Source: Candidatus Saccharimonadales bacterium
GTDB taxonomy: Bacteria; Patescibacteriota; Saccharimonadia; Saccharimonadales; OMJO01
Reading direction: 5' to 3'
DNA: 64,000 bases
Assembly: GCA_035480035.1 (NCBI GenBank)
Contig: DATIID010000008.1
Location: 74,401 to 138,400, forward strand
The notes under the pieces were generated by a model, which ran no database searches, had not been told where the DNA came from, and was given only the letters and a program-made list of their open reading frames with translations. The position numbers were made by a program, and so were the translations under genes. Below are positions 37,116 through 46,852 of this stretch, piece by piece. Position 1 is the first letter of the stretch; each line of letters starts with the position of its first letter.

Positions 37116-38483
37116 TTAGGCATATAAATACTCCTTGATCTCACTAATCGCGCTGCGGATATCATTATCAAAACCAGCCTCTTTCTCAATTTTTTCAACG
37201 GAATGAATCGCGGTGGTGTGGTCTTTTCGGCCAAGTTCCCTGGCAATTTTAGGAAAACTCAAATGTAGCTCACTTCTGAGTATATACATAGCGACCTGGC
37301 GCGGTACGACAATGTCTTTATCGCGCTTTGGTCCTAAAATATCTTCAAGCGGAATCTGAAAATGCTTAGCGGTGCGCTCAATAATCTGCTTAGCGCTAAT
37401 GTGTTTGGGCCGCGACTTGCTGTCATTTAACAAACTGGTGGCCACTGCTAGATCGGGTTGCAAGCCGCGCATTTCACAAAACGCCAATAACTGGTTTAGG
37501 GCTCCCTCGAGTTCGCGGATGTTGGACTGAACGAGGTTAGCTAAATATTCCACAACCGCTTGGTCAAGTTCCATATTGACGGCCCCGGCTTTAGTTTGAA
37601 CAATTGCGCAACGCGTTTCAAAGTCCGGATTTTGCATATCAATGCTCATACCCCACGAGAAGCGACTACGCAATCGCTCTTCAAGGGTCGGTATTTCGCG
37701 TGGCGGCTTATCGCTGCTGATAATGATTTGTTTGTTGGCTTGGTGCAACGCATTAAAGGTATGGAAAAATTCTTCCTGAGTTTTTTCCTTGCCGGCGATA
37801 AATTGGATATCGTCAACAATTAAGATGTCGGCAGTGCGATAGTAACCAGCAAAATCAGTATTTTTCTTATAACGGATAGCGTCTAAAAATTCCTGAACAA
37901 ACTGCTCAGTTGAGATGTAAACGACGTGTGCTTTTGGGTTTTTTTGCCGGACAGCATTACCAACAGCTTGGATTAAATGGGTTTTGCCAATGCCAACCCC
38001 ACCATAAATAAATAGCGGATTGTATTTGGTGCCCGGGGCTGCGGCAATTGCTTGACAAGCCGCGTAAGCTAATTCGTTGCCAGAACCAACAATAAAGTTA
38101 TCAAAACTATAACGCTCATTAACACCCTGTCGATAAGCGTGAGTCAAGGTTGTTCTTGTCGGTCGGCCCTCACTGGCTAACGGCTCGTCCTTTGGTTTAA
38201 CGATTGACTCATCCTCATTTAGTTTTCTTGATGACGAAAAAGAAGAGTGAATTTTAAATTCAACCCGATCAGGCGTAACACCATTTTTGGCGAGCGTATC
38301 AAGGATCAATTGATTATATTTTTTTTCAAGCTGTTGTTTGATAAAGACATTGGGTACACCAACCACCAAAACGTTATCTTTGAATCGCAGCAGTCGGGTA
38401 TTTTTAAACCAGGTAATATAATTACCTCTCGACACAGACACTTCAATTTCGCCCAATACTGCTTGCCACAAGCTATCTTGCAT
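37116..38483 (-). CDS. dnaA: Chromosomal replication initiator DnaA
   Basis: YNPLFIYGGVGIGKTHL, DDIQF, QEEFFHTFN, NIRELEG and DHTT motifs. Confidence 0.98.
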   Translation of the reverse strand: MQDSLWQAVLGEIEVSVSRGNYITWFKNTRLLRFKDNVLVVGVPNVFIKQQLEKKYNQLILDTLAKNGVTPDRVEFKIHSSFSSSRKLNEDESIVKPKDEPLASEGRPTRTTLTHAYRQGVNERYSFDNFIVGSGNELAYAACQAIAAAPGTKYNPLFIYGGVGIGKTHLIQAVGNAVRQKNPKAHVVYISTEQFVQEFLDAIRYKKNTDFAGYYRTADILIVDDIQFIAGKEKTQEEFFHTFNALHQANKQIIISSDKPPREIPTLEERLRSRFSWGMSIDMQNPDFETRCAIVQTKAGAVNMELDQAVVEYLANLVQSNIRELEGALNQLLAFCEMRGLQPDLAVATSLLNDSKSRPKHISAKQIIERTAKHFQIPLEDILGPKRDKDIVVPRQVAMYILRSELHLSFPKIARELGRKDHTTAIHSVEKIEKEAGFDNDIRSAISEIKEYLYA

Positions 38484-38755
38484 CCCTCACTCCCAATCAA
38501 TAACGTACCAACATCATATCGAACAAACATAGTTTTCCACAACCCGTTTCTACCACCAAAACTTATGAAATAAGCAAAAGCTTACAGCCATCGGTAATGT
38601 TTTACACAACCATTTCCTTAACCTGTAAAACTGTGGAAAATAGTTGGAAATAAGTGGATAACTTGCTAGTATTGGTGGGTAATTATTGTCAATTTCACGT
38701 TTGTCAAAAGTCACAACAACCCATCACCAACTAAACTCATGTCAGGACAAATAAA
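38484..38755. promoter_or_regulatory. dnaA-rpmH intergenic DnaA-box cluster (bipartite oriC / dnaA autoregulation)
   Basis: TTTTCCACA at 38533, TTTTACACA at 38600, TGTGGAAAA at 38632 and AGTGGATAA at 38653. Confidence 0.7.
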
Positions 38756-38893
38756 ATGCCCAAACGAACCTACCAGCCGAAGAAACGACAACGTTCACGC
38801 GAACACGGTTTTATGAAACGCATGGCCACTCGCGCCGGTCGAGCTGTCTTGAAGCGTCGACGAAACAAAGGTCGTACTAGTCTCAGCGCTTAA
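38756..38893 (+). CDS. rpmH: 50S ribosomal protein L34 (below the ORF-track cut-off)
   Basis: Translates to [45 protein letters not shown], in the canonical position. Confidence 0.97.
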   Translation: MPKRTYQPKKRQRSREHGFMKRMATRAGRAVLKRRRNKGRTSLSA

Positions 38894-38934
38894 TCGGCTA
38901 GACTACCCCAGTTCAAACGGCTAAGCTTAATAAT

Positions 38935-39273
38935 ATGATTTCTAGAACACATCGTTTCCATGGACGAGCTAGCTTGAATTATGTCTATCGCCAAGGCAAA
39001 ACTGTTCATTTGCCCGAAGCCAGCCTAAAATTCATACTAAACCAAAGACGACAAACTTATCGAACAGCGGTGGTCGTCAGCAAAAAAGTTAATAAATCGG
39101 CCGTAGCCCGCAATCGTATTCGTCGCAGGTTATATGAAGTAATTCGCCGACACAACACCACTAAACCCTACGATTTAATCATAACTGTTTTTGCTGACGA
39201 CATTGCTGCCTGGCCAACCGAACAAGTCAATAATTTTGTCGACAGACTTTTTAAGCAAGCCGGTATCAATTGA
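38935..39273 (+). CDS. rnpA: RNase P protein component
   Basis: VSKKV.KSAVARNRIRRRL motif. Confidence 0.95.
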   Translation: MISRTHRFHGRASLNYVYRQGKTVHLPEASLKFILNQRRQTYRTAVVVSKKVNKSAVARNRIRRRLYEVIRRHNTTKPYDLIITVFADDIAAWPTEQVNNFVDRLFKQAGIN

Positions 39274-39328
39274 CTAGTCCGTCGCGGGCGTTAGTTCTGG
39301 TATGATATAGGAATACTAAAGGAGTTCT

Positions 39329-40267
39329 ATGTTTGTTGCATCGCTTTTTCAAACCGTAATCGTTAAGCCGATTTTTAATCTGTTAGTGCTGATTTACGCG
39401 ATTTTACCTGGCCATAACTTTGGCCTATCAATTGTTATTTTCACGGTTGTTATTCGATTATTGATGTGGCCCTTAGTCAAGAAACAGCTTCACCAAGCTA
39501 AAGCTATGCGCGAAATGCAACCCGAAATTAAGCGCGTTAAAGCGGCCGCTAAGGGTGATCGCCAAAAGGAGTCGACAATGCTGATGGAGCTGTATAAAGA
39601 AAAGCAAATCAGTCCATTTGGTTCGCTTGGCGTACTAATTGTCCAGTTGATTATTTTGATTGGTCTTTATCAGGGTTTACACAAAGTTATCCTCGATCCT
39701 CACGCTTTGATTATTAATTCCTACGAACCGTTGCGTCACTTAAGCTGGATGAAAATACTAGCCGGCGACATCGGGCGTTTTGATTCATCGCTGCTAGGAT
39801 TAGTTGATTTGAAAAGAGCCGCACTCCATAAGGGCGGTACCTACTGGCCAGCCATGGTGTTGGTGTTGGGTAGTGCCACGTCTCAATTTTTTCAAGGTAA
39901 ACAACTTATGCCAGTTGATAAAAACGCTCGTAAGCTTAGGCACATCCTTAAGGAAGCTACTGCCGGTAAAAAGTCTGACAACAGCGAGATTAACGCCGCT
40001 GTTGGTCGTAGCACTAGTTACTTAATACCGGTTATGATTTTCTTGTTTACGGTTAATATTGCTTCGGCGTTGAGTTTGTACTGGTTGGTTAGCGGCGTGA
40101 CTGCTTACTTCCAGCAGGCTCGCATCTTGAGTCGCGACGAAAAAGAGATGGAAGTTATAGCCGATAAGCCAGGGCGTACCGTTATTGAAGGTGAAGTCAT
40201 CCAAAAACCTAAAAATAGTAGCGACAAGTCGGCCAAAAACAGCAAAAAACGAAAGAAGCGTCGATGA
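39329..40267 (+). CDS. yidC: Membrane protein insertase YidC (short, monoderm type)
   Basis: FGLSI..FT..IRL..WPL, MQPEIK, LYKE...SP and SLYW motifs. Confidence 0.93.
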   Translation: MFVASLFQTVIVKPIFNLLVLIYAILPGHNFGLSIVIFTVVIRLLMWPLVKKQLHQAKAMREMQPEIKRVKAAAKGDRQKESTMLMELYKEKQISPFGSLGVLIVQLIILIGLYQGLHKVILDPHALIINSYEPLRHLSWMKILAGDIGRFDSSLLGLVDLKRAALHKGGTYWPAMVLVLGSATSQFFQGKQLMPVDKNARKLRHILKEATAGKKSDNSEINAAVGRSTSYLIPVMIFLFTVNIASALSLYWLVSGVTAYFQQARILSRDEKEMEVIADKPGRTVIEGEVIQKPKNSSDKSAKNSKKRKKRR

Positions 40268-40755
40268 GCGAGAGCGATGAGCAAAACCAGGCCGGTTCGG
40301 CCGAAGAAGCGATCCAGTACGCCAAAAAATACCTAGAAGATTTGTTATCGTTTTTTGGATTAAACACCGATATTTATGCCACGACTGAAGACGGCGAGGT
40401 AATTGAGTTACATGTTCCAAGCACCCACCTTAACGGTTTTTTAATTGGCCAACACGGCGAGACTATGCACTCTCTGCAGTTCATGGTGTCGACAGCACTC
40501 AAAAACAACAACTACGAACCAAATCGAGTTAACGTCGACATTGCTGATTATAAAAAATCACGGGCCGATCGGCTGGCCGCCCAAGCTGCTGAATGGATAA
40601 AAGAAGTTCAAGTATCGGGTAAAGAACGTGAATTACATCCGATGAACGCTGCCGAACGACGTGTTGTTCATAAAGTAGCTACCGAAGCTGGCCTCATCAC
40701 CGAATCAATTGGCGAAGGCCGAGAACGACGAGTTGTTTTAAAGCCGGCCAAATAA
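40264..40755 (+). CDS. jag: Jag/KhpB-like KH-R3H RNA-binding protein (lacks Jag_N)
   Basis: LIG..GET..SLQ and PMNAAERRVVH motifs. Confidence 0.88.
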   Translation: MSESDEQNQAGSAEEAIQYAKKYLEDLLSFFGLNTDIYATTEDGEVIELHVPSTHLNGFLIGQHGETMHSLQFMVSTALKNNNYEPNRVNVDIADYKKSRADRLAAQAAEWIKEVQVSGKERELHPMNAAERRVVHKVATEAGLITESIGEGRERRVVLKPAK

Positions 40756-41865
40756 CTATTTTTCAGGCGTCAAAACCTTGTTATAAATCGCCAATGTTTC
40801 CTCGGCCATTTTATGCCAAGAGTAAAGCTTGACAACCTTACTACCGTTAACTGCCAACTCATTGCCAAGCGCTGAGTTGTCCAACACGCTACTAATTTTT
40901 TCGGCCATATCATTGACATTTTTGGGATCAAAATAAAGCGCTGCATTTCGATATATTTCAGGCAGGCAAGTCGCGTTGCTACTAACCACCGGACAACCAT
41001 GAACCATTGCTTCCAGGCCGGGTAATCCAAAACCCTCACTTAGAGACGGGAAAACATAAGCTTTGGCTTTTTCGTACAGCCATTTTAATTCAACTTCACT
41101 AACGAAGCCGGTAAACAAAATGTATTTTGAAGCTGGCGATTTAGCTGCTATTTTCTGCAATTGAGCGTAATAGTATTCGGATGGACCAGCCAATACCAGG
41201 TTAAGGGTTGGATTTTTAGTATGTATAATCTCGAAAGCCTTAATCAAGCGCTCTAAATTTTTATGAGGGAAGGCGCTACCAACGTACAAAATGAACGGCT
41301 CACGAATATTATAGGGTTCGGCCGCCGCCAAACTAATTGGTGGCTCACTGGCACAGTAAGTCACATAAGTTTTGTCTTTGGTGAACGGATATTTTTTAGC
41401 CAACGTATCTTTAGTGTAATTACTAAGCGTAATAATGGCTTGCGACCGATGATTGCTCAACCAAAAAATAAACCGATAGCCCAGCATTTTCAACCAAAAA
41501 ATTGGCAGCAGCGTTTTGCCAGGACGAGTGTAGTTAAGCATAGTTAAATCAAGTGTCGAGGTGACAGCTTTACCACTATAAAAAATCGGCTGCTGGTTCA
41601 TGGTGAAATGGACTAAGTCGGGTTTAAGCCGGCCGAGTTGCGTTGTAAAGCCGGTTTGCTCTAATGGACTAAACGAAAACTGGCTATAGTCACAAAATTC
41701 AACCGCGAAATTGGGAGCTTTCGGTTGCCAAGTATCGCTGGATTTAACCAATATAGTGTAATGATTGGTGGTATCGAGTGTTTGCAAATGTTCAATTAGC
41801 CGATCGGCGTATCGACCAGTGGACGATTGCCGAATTCGGCAATCTATGACTATGTGTTTGCTCAT
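40756..41865 (-). CDS. GT4 glycosyltransferase
   Basis: HKNL..LI.AF and FPSLSEGFGLPGLEAM motifs. Confidence 0.92.
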   Translation of the reverse strand: MSKHIVIDCRIRQSSTGRYADRLIEHLQTLDTTNHYTILVKSSDTWQPKAPNFAVEFCDYSQFSFSPLEQTGFTTQLGRLKPDLVHFTMNQQPIFYSGKAVTSTLDLTMLNYTRPGKTLLPIFWLKMLGYRFIFWLSNHRSQAIITLSNYTKDTLAKKYPFTKDKTYVTYCASEPPISLAAAEPYNIREPFILYVGSAFPHKNLERLIKAFEIIHTKNPTLNLVLAGPSEYYYAQLQKIAAKSPASKYILFTGFVSEVELKWLYEKAKAYVFPSLSEGFGLPGLEAMVHGCPVVSSNATCLPEIYRNAALYFDPKNVNDMAEKISSVLDNSALGNELAVNGSKVVKLYSWHKMAEETLAIYNKVLTPEK

Positions 41866-41883
41866 TTCCGGTACAATTATAGG

Positions 41884-43194
41884 GTGGAAAAACTAAAACG
41901 CCTACCTTTAACTGGCTTTTTTATATTGTTGGCCTACATGCCGTTTCATGTTTTTCTGTCGCAATGGTTGAGTACCTTCACCGGCGGACTGGCCGGCTGG
42001 AAGGTTGCTAAAGATGTGTTTACTATGATGGTGGTGCTAGTGAGTGTCGGGTTAGTTATCCAGAAAAAACTGTACAAAAAATCGCCATTTATCGCACTGA
42101 TAGTTCTAAGCCTTGTCTACACTTTGCTCCACGTCTTGACCTACTATCACAACCACGGCACCAGTCTAAGGGTTGCTGAATTAGCTACCGTCTATAACAG
42201 CCGACTACTTTGGTATCTGTTAATTGGCTTTAGCGCAGCTTTATTATTTCCGAAGGAATTGGTGCCGGGGCGTTTGGATAAAATAGTTTTGTTTATAAGT
42301 ACGGCAGTAGTTTGTTTGGGACTAGCTCAATATGCTTTGCCGAAAAATGTCATGACCCACTTTGGTTACTCGATTGCCCGAGGTGCCCGACCGGCTTTTT
42401 TCATTGATAGTAAACCCGACTTGCCCCGGATCATGAGCACGGTTCGGGACCCAAACTCACTCGGCGCATTTCTAATCGTGCCAATTTTAATCCTGTTAAT
42501 TTATTTCTTTGATGATCGTAACCAAGAACAACGGATGTTAATTGGCGGATTACTTGGGCTACATCTACTAGTGTTGTTTCTAACTTTCTCGCGTGGCGCT
42601 TGGCTAGGTTTAGTATTGGGTTCAGGTTTATTAGCCACAGTTAAATTCAAGCGTCAGCTAATTCCCTGGCTAGCCAAGCAATGGCCGTTAGTGGTTGGTG
42701 CGGTCTTATTACTCGGCAGTCTAACTTTGATGTTTCGCCATCAATACGCCGTTCAAAATATCTTGGTCCACAGCGATAAAACCACCAAACAAACTGACTC
42801 CAATGGTTTGCATCTCGAATTTGCTGAGAATGGTGCCCGCGGCATTGAGCATAAACCATTGGGCCATGGTCCAGGTACGGCCGGCATTGTTTCGATTCAG
42901 AATTCTGGCGGCGGACTACTAACTGAGAATTACTTTATCCAAATTGGTTACGAAGTTGGTTTGATTGGTCTAGCTTTGTTTCTCATTGGTCTGGCGTTTG
43001 TGGAGAAAGAATTAACTATGTCGAATGCCAGTAATTTAGGAGTTGTTTTATGGATTAGCTTTTGGTGTTATTTATTGATTGCTATGGTGTCACATCTGTG
43101 GACCAATGAAGCGGTCGCCGCTCAGTGGTGGCTGTTGAGCGGTGCGGTAATCGGCTTAAAGTACGCACCAAAATCCAAAGTTAAGGTAAGCTAG
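41884..43194 (+). CDS. O-antigen ligase/oligosaccharyltransferase-like (Wzy_C) membrane protein
   Basis: R..ST..DPN.LG, LTFSRGAWLG, PLG.GPG and ENYF.Q..YE.G..G motifs; start moved to GTG 41884. Confidence 0.85.
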   Translation: MEKLKRLPLTGFFILLAYMPFHVFLSQWLSTFTGGLAGWKVAKDVFTMMVVLVSVGLVIQKKLYKKSPFIALIVLSLVYTLLHVLTYYHNHGTSLRVAELATVYNSRLLWYLLIGFSAALLFPKELVPGRLDKIVLFISTAVVCLGLAQYALPKNVMTHFGYSIARGARPAFFIDSKPDLPRIMSTVRDPNSLGAFLIVPILILLIYFFDDRNQEQRMLIGGLLGLHLLVLFLTFSRGAWLGLVLGSGLLATVKFKRQLIPWLAKQWPLVVGAVLLLGSLTLMFRHQYAVQNILVHSDKTTKQTDSNGLHLEFAENGARGIEHKPLGHGPGTAGIVSIQNSGGGLLTENYFIQIGYEVGLIGLALFLIGLAFVEKELTMSNASNLGVVLWISFWCYLLIAMVSHLWTNEAVAAQWWLLSGAVIGLKYAPKSKVKVS

Positions 43195-44158
43195 GGATTT
43201 TTGGCGGCCTTTGTTTGTAAAGCAAAGCATCAATCGACGCTGGACTGACTTTTCGAAACGACTGAACTTTATGGCGATCAGTAAAAATGGCCGGTAGATA
43301 AACAATGGCTCGTAAGGTGCCTCGAATAAATGCCCAACTACCGCCTTTGATTAATGATGAAGCAGCCAGACGTAGGGTTTGAAACCCAAAATTTGGTAAG
43401 TATTTCCAAAACAGCCAACCAGGCATATTTTTTAGATAAAGTAGGTAGAAGTTTTTAGTGGCATGGTAACGCGTAAATGAGCCAAGACCCGAACTTGTGG
43501 CGCTGACTTCATGATAAGCCAGCGCCGATGGCTGGTAATAAATCTGCCAGCCAGCTGAACGCGCGCGAAAACTAATATCGACATCTTCGTAATAGGCAAA
43601 AAACTTCTGGTCAAACAAACCGACTTGGGTAAACAATTTTGCGCGGTACAAACTGGCGCCGCCGCTGGCCGAAAAAACTGGTTCTGGTTTATCAAATTGG
43701 CCTTCGTCGAGAACGTTGCGAGCTCTTGGAAACGGCATACCATAAATAGAATATTGATCACCAGTGCTATCAAAATGCTGTCTGTCATCACGCATCAACT
43801 TGCAAGTTACAATACCAACCTCAGCCTGGTTGTCCAGCACCTTAACCAATTCGCTCAACCAATTTTTATCAGCCACAGCATCATTATTGAATAGTCCGAT
43901 ATAGTCAGCGCCAACCTCTAAAGCTTTTTTGATGCCAGCGTTCACGCCGCCACTAAAACCAGTGTTTTGGGGCAGGCTAATCAATTGAACCCCAGGATAT
44001 TTTTGCTTAACAAATTCAACCGAACCATCAGTCGAGCCATTATCAACTACCAATACTTGAGCGCTCTGATTTTGAGAGAGCAGGGAATCCAAACATGACG
44101 ACAAACGATTTTTGCCATTCCAATTCGGCACAATCAGGTAGATGAGACTTTTCTTCAT
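43181..44158 (-). CDS. GT2 glycosyltransferase (WbbL/rhamnosyltransferase-like)
   Basis: VDNGSTD, N.GFSGG.N, NNDA and FFAYYEDVD motifs. Confidence 0.88.
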   Translation of the reverse strand: MKKSLIYLIVPNWNGKNRLSSCLDSLLSQNQSAQVLVVDNGSTDGSVEFVKQKYPGVQLISLPQNTGFSGGVNAGIKKALEVGADYIGLFNNDAVADKNWLSELVKVLDNQAEVGIVTCKLMRDDRQHFDSTGDQYSIYGMPFPRARNVLDEGQFDKPEPVFSASGGASLYRAKLFTQVGLFDQKFFAYYEDVDISFRARSAGWQIYYQPSALAYHEVSATSSGLGSFTRYHATKNFYLLYLKNMPGWLFWKYLPNFGFQTLRLAASSLIKGGSWAFIRGTLRAIVYLPAIFTDRHKVQSFRKVSPASIDALLYKQRPPKIPSLP

Positions 44159-44222
44159 TTACTTAAAGTATACAAGAGTCTCTCATGGCCATAATCTTTA
44201 TAACAACTGTTAAACTATAATA

Positions 44223-45203
44223 ATGCCAAACAAAAGTCCGACTAAAAGGTCGAAAAACAAGACAAGATTAGCAATATTAACTGTCCTGATTTTGCTAATT
44301 GGCGCAGGACTAGCCTGTGTATACTCGAAGTATTCACATCGAACTAACCAAGCTAAAAACGAACATCAAACAGCGTCAGCAGAAGCTGCTATACCAAACT
44401 TTGCTCATATTGTCGTTATCGTTGAAGAAAATCATGGCAGTGACGCCATTTTAAATAATGCCAACGCGTCATTTATTAATAATTTAGCTAATCAATACGC
44501 TATTACCACCAATTACCATGCTATTACTCGTCCCAGTCTGCCGAACTATCTTTATTTAACCAGTGGTACTAGCCGTGGCACAAAGGGTGATTGTAACCCG
44601 CCCAGTTCCACCTGCATGGTCGATGCCCCAAATATTGCCGACCGGCTTGAGCAGTCTAACCATACTTGGAAAGCCTATTTTGAAAGCATGCCAACCAGCT
44701 GTGACGCCAATGCCTATAAACAATCGAGCCTATACGACATTGAACACAACCCTTTTGTCTACTATAAGGATATATTATTAAACCCAAAGCGGTGTAAACA
44801 ACACGTTGTTCCACTAACTGAACTAAATAAAGATATCAAAGATGTTAAAACTTTACCTGACTTTGTTTTTATTGTGCCGAATCGGTGCAACGATATGCAT
44901 GATTGTAGTGTCAAGACAGGCGATATCTGGCTATCCAGCATGGTTACAAAACTATTTGATTCACCTAGTTTTACTACTCAAGATTCATTACTGGCAATTA
45001 CTTGGGATGAAGCCGAAAAGGGTAATTCAGCAAACACGGTACCACTAATACTAGCCGGCAAAAGTGTTAAGCGTGTTTTTAAATCTTCAGCCAAATATAA
45101 CCACGGCTCTTTATTGCATACCATTGAAGAAGCCTGGGAGCTTAAACCGCTAAACGATTTTGATAAAAACGCGCCACTACTAAGTGAATTTTTCAAATCA
45201 TAG
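44223..45203 (+). CDS. Membrane-anchored phosphoesterase/acid phosphatase (SapM-like)
   Basis: HIVVIVEENH, PSLPNY, HNPF, PN.CNDMHD and TWDE motifs; N-terminal TM. Confidence 0.85.
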   Translation: MPNKSPTKRSKNKTRLAILTVLILLIGAGLACVYSKYSHRTNQAKNEHQTASAEAAIPNFAHIVVIVEENHGSDAILNNANASFINNLANQYAITTNYHAITRPSLPNYLYLTSGTSRGTKGDCNPPSSTCMVDAPNIADRLEQSNHTWKAYFESMPTSCDANAYKQSSLYDIEHNPFVYYKDILLNPKRCKQHVVPLTELNKDIKDVKTLPDFVFIVPNRCNDMHDCSVKTGDIWLSSMVTKLFDSPSFTTQDSLLAITWDEAEKGNSANTVPLILAGKSVKRVFKSSAKYNHGSLLHTIEEAWELKPLNDFDKNAPLLSEFFKS

Positions 45204-45222
45204 CTTGTCTACATGCCAATTG

Positions 45223-45948
45223 CTATTTCTGGATCAGATAGTAAGCACTTCCTCTGTCTTCGAGTCGTCCGTTGCCTTTTAATTCATTGAAGTGCTGATC
45301 AATTATTTCATAACCCTTACTTTTTATCATTCTATCGAATGACTGCGGGTTGTAACGAGATCCCCAATCCCAACCAGGAGCGGGAGTCTCAAAATAATCC
45401 TTTTTCTTGTTTGCAAGACTAACAACGGTTTGGATAATTAAGAAATGTCTTGCCATCTCATAAGACTTCTCAAGTACCGCTTCTGGATTTGTTATATGGT
45501 ATAAACCACCAACATTTGCGACTATATCGTATTTCTTTTTGCCGAGGTTATTTATATCAGTGTCCACGAAAGTAAAATTAGAGACATCAAGTTCTTTTGC
45601 TATTCTATCCGCCATTTCGGCATCGGCGTACCCATCTTTATTATTATCTGCTCCGGCTACTTTAGTAGCCCCCAACCGACTTGCTACCATTGCATAGTAT
45701 GCATCCGCACAAAACAACTCAATGAATGATATATCTTTTTTTATCTCTTTAGTTTTTGCAATCGCAAGGGCTATATACGCAGTGATTATAGGTGATTTTG
45801 CGTGCTGATTAAGTATGAAATGACCCTCAGCCTGCACATTGTTTTTACCAAAGAAAGAATATTCATGGTACAAGCCATCTAGGTACGATGATTTATTTCT
45901 GGCAAGCTTGCTTCTAATGTTTGTGATCACTGTGACCTCGTTACTCAT
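45223..45948 (-). CDS. Class I SAM-dependent methyltransferase-like protein
   Basis: ELFCADAYY (variant motif I) and YDIV...GGLYH..NP. Confidence 0.7.
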   Translation of the reverse strand: MSNEVTVITNIRSKLARNKSSYLDGLYHEYSFFGKNNVQAEGHFILNQHAKSPIITAYIALAIAKTKEIKKDISFIELFCADAYYAMVASRLGATKVAGADNNKDGYADAEMADRIAKELDVSNFTFVDTDINNLGKKKYDIVANVGGLYHITNPEAVLEKSYEMARHFLIIQTVVSLANKKKDYFETPAPGWDWGSRYNPQSFDRMIKSKGYEIIDQHFNELKGNGRLEDRGSAYYLIQK

Positions 45949-46051
45949 GAACTAATCTTTTCAAGAGTATAACACCCCCTTGACATTACATTAACATAAT
46001 TCCCCAAGGTGTTTATTAAAGGCAATGAGTCAACTATAATAACCTAAAGCT

Positions 46052-46852
46052 ATGAAACACATATTTTCGAACAAAAATCGAGCTTTATTGAGTGAATTAG
46101 TCCGGACTGACTTTAAACTACGCTACCAAAACTCAGTGCTCGGCTATGCTTGGTCGCTACTTCGGCCGCTGTTACTGTTCGTAATTCTGTACGTGGTATT
46201 TGTTAAATTTTTAAAACTTGGCAATGATATACCCCACTATCCGGTCTACCTATTGCTCGGGATAGTTATATGGAATTTCTTCGTTGAAATGACCGTCCAA
46301 AGCTTAGGCTCGATTGTTGTGAGGGGTGACCTGATCCGCAAAATTAGAATACCGCGATGGATAATCATACTGTCCAGCAGTATATCGGCTCTAATTAACT
46401 TGTCGCTCAATCTTATTATCGTGGCGGTTTTTATGTTAATTAACCATGTCAATCTAATGATGACCGGCTTGCTGTTGCCACTAATCTTGTTAGAGGTCTA
46501 TGTGTTTGCCCTAGGACTATCGCTTTTTTTGTCTGCAGCTTTTGTTAGGTTTCGCGACATGAGCTACATTTGGGACGTACTACTTCAAGCTGGTTTTTAT
46601 TTGACGCCAATTTTATATCCAGTCTCGCGGATAGCCAATCCCACTTTGAAAAAATTGCTGTTCATTAATCCAATGGGTCAAGCTATCCAAGACGCCCGCT
46701 ACGCTTTAGTTACCCATCAAACCATTACTATCCACCATATTTTTAATGGCAGCTGGCATCAACTAATCCCGTTCTTGTTTACGCTCATAGCTCTAATTGT
46801 TGGTGTAATTTACTTCAAGCATGAATCTAAATACTTCGCGGAGAATATTTAG
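46052..46852 (+). CDS. wzm: ABC-2 polysaccharide export permease Wzm
   Basis: DFKLRY..SVLG..WSLLRP, FRD and FYLTPILYP motifs. Confidence 0.93.
   Translation: MKHIFSNKNRALLSELVRTDFKLRYQNSVLGYAWSLLRPLLLFVILYVVFVKFLKLGNDIPHYPVYLLLGIVIWNFFVEMTVQSLGSIVVRGDLIRKIRIPRWIIILSSSISALINLSLNLIIVAVFMLINHVNLMMTGLLLPLILLEVYVFALGLSLFLSAAFVRFRDMSYIWDVLLQAGFYLTPILYPVSRIANPTLKKLLFINPMGQAIQDARYALVTHQTITIHHIFNGSWHQLIPFLFTLIALIVGVIYFKHESKYFAENI

Noticed and set aside
36866-37246. 126-aa minus-strand ORF between dnaA and dnaN
   Set aside because: It overlaps the dnaA 3' end and the DnaA-box cluster, has no recognisable domain, and is better explained as oriC
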